From NCBI RefSeq assembly GCF_009914755.1, contig NC_060934.1: a stretch of DNA of 64,000 bases; one strand, 5' to 3'. Below the pieces are notes generated by a model. It saw only the letters and a program-made list of their open reading frames with translations. It was not told where the DNA came from and made no database searches. The position numbers were made by a program, and so were the translations under genes. This DNA is from the human T2T-CHM13v2.0 reference genome, Homo sapiens. Positions 1 to 11,587 of this stretch are shown here, in pieces. How positions within the stretch are numbered: position 1 is the first letter of the stretch; each line of letters opens with the position of its first letter.

Positions 1-15
1 ACCTGTGCTTCCCGC

Positions 16-2593
16 CTTCCCTCTCTACTTCCTTCTCTCTCTCCTTCCCTCTCTCTCCTTCCCTCTCTCTCTCCCTCTCCTTCCCTCTCCCTCCCTCTCT
101 CTCTCCCTCTCCTTCCCTCTCTCTCCCCCTCTCCTTCCCTCTCTCTCCCCCTCTCCTTCCCTCTCTCTCTCTCCCCCTCTCCTTACCTCTCTCTCTCTCC
201 CCCTCTCCTTCCCTCTCTCTCTCTCCCCCTCTCCTTCCCTCTCTCTCTCCCTCTCCTTCCCTCTCTCTCTCCCTCTCCTTCCCTCTCTCTCTCTCCCCCT
301 CTCCTTCCCTCTCTCTCTCTCCCCCTCTCCTTCCCTCTCTCTCTCCCCCTCTCCTTCCCTCTCTCTCTCCCCCCCTCTCCTTCCCTCTCTCTCTCTCCCC
401 CTCTCCTTCCCTCTCTCTCTCCCCCTCTCCTTCCCTCTCTCTCTCTCTCCCCCTCTCCTTCCCTCTCTCCCTCCCCCTCTCCTTCCCTCTCTCCTTCCCC
501 CTCTCCTTCCCCCTCTCCTTCCCCCTCTCCCTCCCCCTCTCCTTCCCTCTCTCCCTCCCCATCTCCTTCCCTCTCTCCCTCTCCCCCTCTCCTTCCCTCT
601 CTCTCCCTCTCCCTCCCTCTCTCTCCCTCTCCTTCCCTCTCTCTCTCCCCTTCCCTCTCTCTCTCCCCTTCCCTCTCTCTCCCCCTCTCCCTCCCTCTCT
701 CTCCCTCTCCTTCCCTCTCTCTCTCTCTCCTTCCCTCTCTCTCTCCCCTTCCCTCTCTCTCTCCCCTTCCCTCTCTCTCTCTCCCCTTCCCTCTCTCTCT
801 CTCCCCTTCCCTCTCTCTCTCTCCCCTTCCCTCTCTCTCTCCCCCTCTCCTTCCCTCTCCCTCTCTTACCCTTTCCTTCCCTCTCCTTCCCTCTCCATCC
901 CTCTCCCTCTCCTTCCCTCTCCTTCCCTCTCCCTCTCTCCCCCCTCCTTCCCTCTCCCTCTCTCCCCCCTCCTTCCCTCTCCCTCTCTCCCCCCTCCTTC
1001 CCTCTCCCTCACTCCCCCCTCCTTCCCTCTCCCTCACTCCCCCCTCCTTCCCTCTCCCTCACTCCCCCCTCCTTCCCTCTCCCTCACTCCCCCCTCCTTC
1101 CCTCTCCCTCACTCCCCCCTCCTTCCCTCTCCCTCACTCCCCCCTCCTTCCCTCTCCCTCACTCCCCCCTCCTTCCCTCTCCCTCACTCCCCCCTCCTTC
1201 CCTCTCTCCCCCTCTCCCCCTCTCCCCCCCTCCCCCCCTCCCCCCTCTCCCCCTCTCTCCCCCCCTCCCCCCTCTCCCCCTCTCTCCCCCCCTCCCCCCT
1301 CCCCCCTCTCTCCCTCTCTCTCCCCCCCTCCCCCCTCCCCCCTCTCTCCCCCTCTCCCCCCCTCCCCCCTCCCCCCTCCCCCCCTCCCCCCTCCCCCTCC
1401 CCCCCTCCTTCCCTCTCTCTCCCTCTCCCCCTCCTACCCTCTCTCTCCCTCTCCCCCTCCTTCCCTCTCTCACCCCCTCCCCCTCCTTCCCTCTCTCTCT
1501 CCCTCCCCCTCCTTCCCTCTCTCTCTCCCCCTCCCCCTCCCCCTCCTTCCCTCTCTCTCTCCCCCTCCCCCTCCCCCTCCCCCTCCTTCCCTCTCTCCCC
1601 CTCCTTCCCTCTCTCTCCCCCTCCCCCTCCTTCTCCTTCCCTCTCTCTCCCCCTCCCCCTCCTTCTCCTTTCCTCTCTCTCTCCCCCTCCCCCTCCCCCT
1701 CCTTCTCCTTCCCTCTCTCTCTCCCCCTCCCCCTCCTTCCCTCTCTCTCTCCCCCTCCCCCTCCTTCCCTCTCTCTCTCCCCCTCCCCCTCCTTCCCTCT
1801 CTCTCTCCCCCTCCCCCTCCTTCCCTCTCTCTCCCCCTCCCCCTCCTTCCCTCTCTCTCTCCCCCTCCCCCTCCTTCCCTCTCTCTCTCCCCCTCCCCCT
1901 CCTTCCCTCTCTCTCTCCCCCTCCTTCCCTCTCTCTCTCCCCCTCCTTCCCTCTCTCTCCCCCTCCTTCCCTCTCTCTCTCCCCCTCCTTCCCTCTCTCT
2001 CTCCCCCTCCCCCTCCTTCCCTCTCTCTCTCCCCCTCCCCCTCCTTCCCTCTCTCTCCCCCTCCCCCTCCTTCCCTCTCTCTCTCCCCCTCCCCTCCCCC
2101 TCTCTCTCCCCCTCCCCCCTCTCTCTCCCCCTCCCCCCTCTCTCTCCCCCTCCCCCCTCTCCCCTCCCCCTCTCTCCCCCTCCCCCTCCCCCTCCCCTCC
2201 CCCATCCCCTCCCCCCTCTCTCTCCCCCTCTCTGTCCCCCTCCCCTCCCCCCTCTCCCCTCCCCCTCCCCCCTATCCCCCTCCCCCTCCCCCTCCCCCCA
2301 TCCCCCTCCCCCTCATCCCCCTCCCCCTCCTTCCCTCTCCCCCTCCCCCTCCTTCCCTCTCTCCCCCCTCCTTCCCTCTCTCTCTCTCCCCCCCTCCTTC
2401 CCTCTCTCTCCCCCCTCCTTCCCTCTCTCTCTCTCCCCCCCTCCTTCCCTCTGTCTCTCTCCCCCCCCTCCCTCTCTCTCTCTCCCCCTCCTTCCCCCTG
2501 TCTCTCTCTCCCCCTCCTTCCCTCTCTCTCTCTCTCTCTCTCCCCCTCCTTCCCTCTCTCTCTCTCTCTCCCCCCCTCCTTCCCTCTCTCTCT
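16..2593. repeat. ~2.6 kb homopyrimidine (C/T) low-complexity tandem tract
   Basis: Almost only C and T on +. Recurrent unit like ccctctccttccctctctctct, with eight 25-bp copies of ccctcactcccccctccttccctct at 1006-1205. Confidence 0.97.
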
Positions 2594-3039
2594 CATCATC
2601 TACCTACCTATCTATTGCTGTTACAAAACCACAAGTTCTTAGTGATGCCTCCAATTCCAGGCCAATGGTGTGTGGTTCTTCGCAGCCATCTTCCCCTCCT
2701 TGTTTGTGACACTGGCGGTAGCAGATACTTGGCGCTTGCTGTCTGCAATGTACCTGCTCATCTGTGCGGCCCTGGCATACACCCATGTTGCCTCAGGATT
2801 GCTAACCCAGACCCTGTAGGAAACAGATGCCCCAGCTGGAGCACAATTCCTTTCCCCCCAGCCTCACGGTGTCCACACACAACACTGTTTTCCAAACAAC
2901 TCAGGTGGGGTCTCTTCTTACCCACCCTCCCTAGGGCTGCTCATTTGTAATACAGCCAGGTGCCTTTGTACAGCTGATATTTCATTCATGTTTCTTCACA
3001 TATTGACTCTTTGAAAAAATTTACATGTAGTACAATTGA

Positions 3040-3385
3040 CTATGGTATGCTTGTGGTGGTGTGTGGTGGCCTGTGGTATGTTCATGGTGGTGTGTGTGTG
3101 GTGTGTCTGTGGTGGTCTGTGGTGTGTCTCTGGTGGTCTGTGGTGTGTCTGTGATGTGTTAGTGGTGGTGTGTGGTGGCCTGTGGTATGTTCATGGTGTG
3201 TGTGTGGTGTGTCTGTGGTGGTCTGTGGTGTGTCTCTGGTGGTCTGTGGTGTGTCTGTGGTAGTGTGTGGTGTGTCTGTGATGTGTTAGTGGTGGTGTGT
3301 GGTGTGCCTGTGGTGGTCTCTGGTGTGTCTGGTGGTTTCTGGTGTGCTTGTGGTGGTGTGTTTGTGGTGTGTGTGGTGTGTCTGC
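3040..3385. repeat. TG/TGG-rich degenerate tandem repeat
   Basis: Repeated tgtggtgtgtctgtggtggtc-type units. Confidence 0.9.
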
Positions 3386-3559
3386 AATGGCTTTCTCGGT
3401 TGTGACCCATGCACAGCGCATGCATCCACCAACCCAGCCCCAACACAGACCGTCCCATCCCCAAGCTGCCTCCTGCTGCCTGTGCAGTGGCCCCTTCCTG
3501 GCAGCCCTGACCTGTTTCTCATTGTGTCAGTTTTGCCTCTTCCACATCAGGTAAATAGA

Positions 3560-4600
3560 GTCACATAGTGCAGCTTTGGGGATCTGGCTGTGTTTACGTT
3601 CAGCAAAACCCACATAAGGTTCCTTGTGCTGTGTGGCTCTGTGGGCTTGGTGGGCTCAATGGCCTCCGTGGCCTCCGTGGGCTCAGTGGGCTCCGTGGGC
3701 TCTGTGGGCTCCGTGGGTTTTCCTTCTGTTCCCGAGCGGAATCCCCTCGGGTGAAAGGACCACAGTGCACCAGGGGCTTGTTGAAGGACGTCAGGGTGGT
3801 TTCCGGTTTGGGGCAAATGTGAACAAAACTGCTATAATGTGTGACAGGTTTTTTCACGAAAGCAAGTCTTCTTTCTCTTGGGTAAATACCTAGGATTGGG
3901 TCTGCTGGATTACATGGTGAGTGCATGCTTACTTTTTATAAGTAACTGTTGTCCAGAGTGACTGTTCCATTTTGCATTTCCACTGGCGCTGGGAGGATTT
4001 CCGTTGCCCCACACGCAACGTCTTCACAGGTTAGGCTGGTTCTCCTTATTTGGTCCCTTCCAATAGAGGGGGAGTGGCATCTTATTTGGGGTTTCATTTG
4101 CATCTTGCTACTGACTAATGATGTTGAGCATCTTTTTGTGTGTTGATTTTCCATCCTTATACCTTCTTTGGTGAAACATCTGTTCAGATCATTTGCCCAT
4201 TTTTGTATTGGGTTGTTTGCTTTGTTATTCCTGAGTTTTGAGAGGCTCTTCCTCTATTCTGGATACGTGCCATTATCAGATACACCGCTGAAAAGTATTT
4301 CTTCCAGTCTGTCTTTCATCTTTTCATTCCCTTGAGTGTCATTTAAAGAGCAGAAATTCTTAATTTTGATGAAGTCTAATTTATCTACTTTAAAAAAATG
4401 AAGCATGGTTTTTGATGTTAGAACTAAGAAAACCTTGCCTAACTCAAAGTCACAAATATTTTCTCCCATTTCCTTCTAGAATCTGTGGTTTTATGTCTTA
4501 AATTTAAAACACCTGTGATTCACTTTGAGTTAACTTTTGCATATGGGGCTCAGTATGGATTGAAGTTTATTTTTTGCATGTGAATGTCCACCCAAGAACA
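3560..4600 (-). mobile_element. Old L1 (L1M-type) ORF2 3' end / 3'UTR fragment
   Basis: L1-antisense signature tttcatttgcatc...ctaatgatgttgagcatcttttt...tctttggtgaaacatctgttcagatcatttgcccattttt. Boundaries approximate; a 9-bp ggctccgtg repeat is embedded at ~3635-3720. Confidence 0.8.
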
Positions 4601-6639
4601 TCCTTGTCTCCTTCCACCCCATGGTCAATAACTCCTCCTTTTTGTTATTAAAGTCCCTTCTGCTTGGCTCTGTGGTCAGTGCCGTCCTGGCTGGGGTGTC
4701 CACCTTACTCTGCCACCACAAGATGGGAAAGCAGGGATGCTGGTGGGGTCCCTTGAGCCGGCAGAGCCAGCGTGTCTGGTCCCCATTTGACCCCAGGGTG
4801 GGCTGGATCTCTAGGGCCTGGGCCTGTGGCCACTCAGGGTCTGGAAGCTCGAGGTGTGTTGATTAACTGTCAGCAGGTTCAGATTTACAGCTTCTGTGGA
4901 GCAGGCGCCTGAATGCCAATGAGCAGCCCTGCTCTTCTGAGCTGGGTCACAGACTGCCGCCTCCATGCTGCTGCTGGAGATGATGTCTGTTTGGTCATCT
5001 TAAAATCCAGGGATTTTAAAAGGCTGCCCCTGTTCAGGATGTATCCACAGTTCATGGCCATCGTGCATGATGGAGCAGGAAGCTTCACTTAAAAGAAATG
5101 TGTAATGCTCTGCATCATAGACCAGTGAAGTTGTTTTCTTACTGAATTTGTCTATATTGTTAAAGAAAGAGAAATAAAAGATGAGGTGTTTAGAAACAGC
5201 TCACCCAAGTGTGAACAATTAGTCCTTTGGGGCTGTCCCCTCCCAGGGCAGTTGCTGAGCTGGGGGAAGCGCCCCTCCCTGAGTACTGCCCAGGCACTGC
5301 CTGTCTCTCTTGGAAGCAGAGGCTGCCAGATCCCGATCAGGGGGCGGAGTCTTCAAGGTGCCTCACCATGTTCCCTGCAGGATCTGCCCCCCAGCAGCTG
5401 CCCGTTAAGGCAGCTTCATCAGCCAGGGCTCCAGCCGCAAGAGGGAACGGGGAGGGACTCTGCCCTGGGCTCAGCCGTGTGTTTGTCTGATGGCAGAAGC
5501 AGCTCCCGTGCAGCCTCCAGCTCACAGGCAGCCATGGGGTCACGTTGCATTTGCATGGCAGAACCAGCGGGAGGGTCCCTGCTGGCAGCTCCTGCCTGGT
5601 CCCCTCATCCTCAGCACAGCATCGTCCTCGTGTTTCTTGGTGCACAGCATGGCCTTGGTCCTGGTGCTGGTGTGTGCCTCGCTCTTGCTGCTGGTCTGCA
5701 GCAGCTGCTTGCTCATTTCGTCCCTTCATTGTTACATCTGTGGCTGCCACCCAAAACAAACACTGACCTCTGACTTCGTGGCCCATCCCATCCCCTCCCC
5801 ATGAGGGCTTTGTGCAGTGCTTTGTAGCAGACACGTTTCCACAACGCAGACTACTAACCGCTATACGATCACGGCAGCAGACACATTTCCAAAAGGCAGA
5901 CTCTTTAATTGTGTTTGAAATCTTTGTTAACGGGCATTTTTTTGGGTGTTTGTGCTTGGAATCACTCTGCAGGGATTCAGCCATGTGCACCCTCCAATCT
6001 GTGACCTCGTGCTGGGGCTTTACCTCCCCTCTGGTGGACATTTGGTTATTTCCAGGCTTCTGCTTGTTACGAGTGCTGCTTCTTGAACATTCCTGTGGAG
6101 TCTCCGGATGCGCTGGTGCCGCGACTCCTCATGGGTCACATTAGGAGTTGGAATCTTCGACTTTGGGAGATGATGCCAACCTCTTTTCTGGTTCCTATTG
6201 GCTTTGGAGCTATTTCTCTTTGCTCTTTGTTTAGAATCTTTCTGTTTTTACCAAGGGCGAAGGTGTTTCTCAAATGTTACTGGGTGATTTGCACAAAATC
6301 TCAGAAACTGAACGACTGACTTGAAACCATGAGTCCCCCTCCCCGCTTTATTGCTCTATTGTCTAATTTATTCTTTTCAGCCAGCAGCTTACAGCCTGCG
6401 GGCCAGCTGTCTTGCAATCTATAATGCAACCATCTTGGTTAAAGCAATAATGGATCCTTTTACTAGCCTGGCCATGGGGCCGTTAATAGGGGATGTCATT
6501 ATTAGAGAAGCCGATTTCAGAAAGGGTAGCTGGGCATCGCTGTGGAGGCCTGTGAGAACAGCTGCCGCCACCAGATACAAAATGAAACCAGGAACCCATG
6601 GAGAACAGGCAGAAAGTGTGCGCACGTGTGTGCACACAT

Positions 6640-7320
6640 GCCAGTGTGTGGGGGGAGTGTGCCTGTGCATTTGGTCATGGTGTGTATACACTTGCTCCTG
6701 TGCCCTGGGTAGTGTGCATGTGTGTGTGCACACTGTGCATTTGGTCGTGGTGTGTATACACCTCCTGTGCCCTGGGTAGTGTGTGTGTGTGTGTGCACAC
6801 TGTGCATTTGGTCGTGTGTGCGCACCTGCTCCTGTGCCCTGGGTAGGGTGCATGTCTGTGCACACTGTGCATTTGGCCGTGGTGTGTATACACTTGCTCC
6901 TGTGTCCTGGGTAGTGTGCATGTGTGTGTCCACACTGTGCATTTGGCCGTGGTGTGTGTGCATCTGCTCTTGTGCCCTGGGTAGTGTGTGTGTGTGCACA
7001 CTGCATTTGGTGGTGTGTGTGCACCTGCTCCTGTGTCCTGGGTAGTGTGCGTGTGTGTGCACACTGTGCATTTGGTTGTGCGTGCGCACCTGCTCCTGTG
7101 CCCTGGGTAGTGTGCGTGTGTGTGCACCTGCTCTTGTGCCCTGGGTAGTGCGTGTGTGTGCACACTGTGCATTTGGTTGTGTGTGTGCACCTGCTCCTGT
7201 GCCCTGGGTAGTGTGCGTGTGTGTGTGCACCTGCTCTTGTGCCCTGGGTAGTGTGTGTGTCTGTGCACACTGTGCATTTGGTTGTGTGTGAACCTGCTCC
7301 TGTGCACCCGCTTCTGTGCA
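6640..7320. repeat. Composite VNTR (~65-70 bp, two alternating subunits)
   Basis: Alternating cacactgtgcatttgg...tgtg and cacctgctcctgtgccctgggtagtgtg... subunits, about 10 copies. Confidence 0.95.
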
Positions 7321-8949
7321 CCCACTTCACTGTCCCACCTGCCACCTGCACCATCAAAGTGGCTTCTGCCTTTATTATTTATTAGGGAGCTGTAGAGCCA
7401 AAATCAGTAGGAGGGTGACCCAGAGCAGAGCACCACGTGCCTGAGGACTGTCCCAGGATGGGAGGACCATTCCAGCATCCGTGTGAGCCACATGGGGCTC
7501 CGCCGTGGTGGCTGGGGAGAGGATGACCTCAGAGGCGGCCCTGGGCAGACAGGGAGTTGATAACAGCACTGGTCCCCTCTGTAGAGTTGAGAGAGACCCC
7601 ATGAAGGGGGTAGAGGAGGAAGAGGGAGGAGGAGGCACAGCCTGTGTCTGGGTAAGGTCTGTTTCATATTTTCCCCAAATCAGAGCTTCAAGAAAAAAAT
7701 TCCTTGACTGTGAGCAGAGTTAGTGGCTGCCATTTGTTTCTGTTTGGTTTGAAAATGTTTGGCTAAAGTTTCTCAGACAAAAGAGCATATGGGGAAAGGT
7801 CCTGTGCTTGGCCCTCACTCCATGTCCTATCAGCTGGGAATCTGTGTATTTGTGGGGCGGTGTTGGGGAAGAGCAAGGATCCAGACTGCAGGGTCTCACC
7901 CCCTCCCAAGCGGCTCACCCTGTGTGAGAACCCTGGGGTTGCTTGTCTCATGCACATTTTTGGAAACTGAGGCTGTAGGTCCCGAGCCTTCCAGTGGCAT
8001 TCATCATCTGTTGATTCTGAAGCAGGCAGAGTTCCGGACCCCAGGAAGGTTCTTGTCTTCCTTGCCAACTGAGTTATGTTTCCAAACAGTTGAGATCCCA
8101 GTGGAAATTTCCAGCACACACAGACGGCAGGGGCCTGTTCCTCCGGCTCTGTTTTGACATCAATCAGAATGCTGTTTCCTGATCCATATGTACGACTACG
8201 TCTGCACGTGGTACCCATGGTGGTATTGATGAGGGTTCTGCCCTGCAGCTTTTAGCGAGGTTCTGGTGCCTTCGTGCCCGTGGGGCTGGGGGCCCCGACC
8301 TGTGGAAACACCCTGTGTCAGCCCTGGGTGGTGCCCCAGGCATGCTGCCATCTCCTGTCCCTGCTGCCGCCCTTGGCACTGTCCAATGAGCCAAGTTCAT
8401 GATTGTGGTTGTCAACTTGTTCCTACACTTCATCAGCTATCCTTGTTGCAGCCCAAGATAAAATTACCCAGGCTTTCCCCTCCAGCGTGAAGGGCAGGGG
8501 CCCTCAGTGCTCATCCTCCCCCAGCATCATGCACGGTCACGGGGCTGTATTTGTTGACGGGACTTTTGGGCTCCCCGGGCTCTGAGCTGGTTGGGGCTCC
8601 ACCTGCACTATGCCTGAGCTCCCCACATCCTACCTCTCTCCTGTCACTCGAAGCTCAGCCACCTGAGCAGCACTTTCCTGCCCCCTCCCTGAGAACTGGG
8701 AGCTCTTGGGATGAGGATTATCTGGGTTTCTCCCGCGGAACCCTTACTGTGGCACTGATACACTCACATAAACATTTGCCACGTGAATGGCCAAGTACGT
8801 AAAAGAATGCGCTCCCTGAAGGCAATTCGCAGCCCCATGTTCCCCCCACCCCCCACACTTCCAGGCAACAGTGAAAGCAGATGTTCTGGGGGTCCCCGAG
8901 ACCACCTGCATCTCTGGGGACTCGCTAGGATTCACAGGACTCAGCACAC

Positions 8950-9055
8950 AGTCACACCACAGCAGGGCCACACCACGGCAGGGTCGCACCACAGCAGGGT
9001 CACGCCACGGCAGGGTCACACCACAACAGCCACACCATGGCACAGCCACACCATT
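8950..9055. repeat. Short 16-bp tandem repeat
   Basis: cacaccacagcagggt-like unit, about 5-6 degenerate copies. Confidence 0.75.
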
Positions 9056-9782
9056 ATCGCAGCCCTATAATCGGGAGGCATGGCTGGATCTGCAAGGGAA
9101 GAGTTCACAGGCACAGCCTGGAGAGGCCTGTGAGCAGACTTCCTGTGCTCTCTCCCCTCCCATGCTCTTCCCCCTGTGAGGTGCACACGGGGCACACACT
9201 CCCTCCAGCAGCAAAACACAGCCCCATATATGCAGTGTTTCTGCTCGGGAAATTCCAGCTAAGACCCAAAATTCATGGTTTTGATTTGGGGGCTACTCAG
9301 TTGTGCGCCCCCCGCCCACTAACATGCCAGGCCCTCAAAAGGAAGGCTGGTGTTTGCCATGAATCACATTGTTTGCACAGTCTAGGCAGGAACCTCCTCA
9401 CTAAAGGAATGCTTCGAAGCCAAGTTCCCAGACGCCAGCCAATGGCCACCGTTGCAAGCAGGCACTTCTGCAGCTAGCAGCCTCAGGCCTGTCCACAGAG
9501 ACACTCTTGAGTGAGGACCCTGGGGTGCCAGAGCTTGCTTGGGGGCATTGAGGAGCCCCATGGAGCCACAGAGACCAAGGCCAGACCCATGGATGGCTGC
9601 CTCCCACCTGTCCTGTGCCTGACATGGCTCCAGTTTGGATGAGGTCCTCAGCTGACTGTGAGGGACAGTGCCCAGAAAGGGGAGGGTGGGTGGGAGGGAG
9701 AAGATCACGTTCCCTAGAAGAGACGGAACAGACGGGGTAGGGCGGGAGGGATTTGGGAAGACTGCAAACCTGGAAGCAGAAC

Positions 9783-10330
9783 TGTGTGTGTGTGTGTGTG
9801 TGTGCGTGTGTGCGTGTGTGTGCGCGTGTGTGTGCGCGCGTGTGCGTGCGTGTGTGCGTGTGTGCGTGCGTGTGTGCGTGTGTGTGCGTGTGTGTGCGTG
9901 TGTGTGCGTGTGTGTGCGCGTGTGTGCGCGTGTGTGCGCGTGTGTGCGTGTGCGTGTGTGTGTGTGTGTGTGCGCGTGTGCGCGTGTGTGCGCGCGTGTG
10001 TGCGTGTGCGTGTGTGCGCATGCATGTGCTGTGAGTGGTGTGTTGTGTATGCATGTGTGTATATATCGTGTGCATGTGTGTGCTGTGTGTGAGTGGTGTC
10101 TTTGGGCATGTGCATGTATGTGTATGTGTTGTGCATTGCATGTGCCTGTATGTGTATTTTGCATTGTGTGTACACATGTACAGTGCATTTGTGCGTATTG
10201 TGTGGGCATGTGTGTGTAGTGTATTGTGTGTACATGCATGTGCAGTGTGTATGTGCTGTTTGCACATGTGCAGGTATGTGTATTGTGCATTGTGTGTACG
10301 TGCACATGTAGTGTGTGTGTGTGAGTGGTA
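9783..10330. repeat. (TG/CG)n microsatellite grading into a degenerate TG/TGCA tract
   Basis: Alternating purine-pyrimidine tgtgtgcgtg run at 9783-10028, then a TG-rich degenerate tail. Confidence 0.95.
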
Positions 10331-11587
10331 TGTTGCGGCCATGGATGGGGCAGAAAGTCTCCTGTTCTGGAAATAGGGCAGTGAGTGGAGTGTGCTGACA
10401 ATGGAGAGCAGCAGCTGGCTCTGGAGAGGGATCAAGTGACCACAGGAAACCAAATGCTCTGGTCTTGTTCCTTCAATTTGGGGAGTGAGTTTTTAAAATT
10501 CAGCATCATATTTTCAACAAGACCTCTGTTCTCTATTTGCATGTGCCTAGTTCATACTCCAGGCAGTTGATCACATAATTCAGAGAGGCATTGACAGGGT
10601 GGGAGTGTTTCTGGGTAGGTGTCCAGATCCCCGGCCCTTCTCAGCCTGGAAGTGTCACCGAGGGAAATCCCTGTTTTACATGGGGCTTCACCTTTTCCCT
10701 CTGTAAAATATGAGGGCTGGACTGGCAGGTCCCCTTCCTCCTGTACCTTCTAGAGATCGATGGTTCCGGGACAACCTATTTAGAAACGAACCCGATTAAA
10801 GGCACAAAGAACAAGGTACTATGTTAACTGCAGCAGAGATTTCAACTGTAACGCTTAATACGGGAAGAAGTAAACATGTATGTGTCATTTGACTACATTT
10901 ATTTTTCATTCTGTTTGAGGTAATATCTTCTTACTTAGAAGTTAGGTTAAATCAAAAACCAAAAAGCTCTTCAGACCTCTCCTAGATTAGAAAACCGTGG
11001 TGTCTCTACGGCCGGGCCCTCTGCCTCTGTCCCAGCTTGCCCTCACTCCCGCCCCTCTGCCTCTGTCCCAGCGTGCCCTCGCTCCCGCCCCTCAGCCCAC
11101 GTGGCCTCCCACCCGATGCTGCCATGCCCCAGGGACTGATCCGGGGCCCGCCCTTGTGAAAAGCAGATCCTTCATAACTTCTTCAAAAACATGAAAAAAT
11201 GGAAAGGTAATAAAAACTTTGAACTTAGCAGAGGCCCACTTTCTAAGCAATGAGGGAAGTTGGGTAGAAACCGGGCTGCTGGCCCAGACATGGTGAGAAA
11301 GATCCAAGGTCACTTCTGTAGGGGCTTTGTGAGGAGCATGGACTCATCTTCCTGAGAGTGTGGCCTTCGGTGGGTGCCAGGTGCGTCTCCCGGGCTGGAG
11401 GCTCAGGACGTGGCGCTGTAGCTGGTGCTGGACCCATGAGGGCAGTGCCTGCCATTGGCTCAGTGACCATCCTGTGCAGAGCCAGTGCCTGGTCAAGGCC
11501 CCAACTGCCTTGAGTGCTGACCTGTGGTGGGTCACACACATTCCCCAGGTCGTCGCACTAAACGGCGTTTTCTCCACTCTTTTTCAG

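Noticed and set aside
5-2950. 981-aa Pro/Ser/Leu ORF and antisense Arg/Glu/Gly ORFs
   Set aside because: A C/T-only tract cannot contain stop codons. The ORF has no ATG start and only low-complexity translation.
6419-10453. His/Thr- and Cys/Val-rich ORFs of 200-350 aa
   Set aside because: They are translations of TG/CA repeats, open in several frames.
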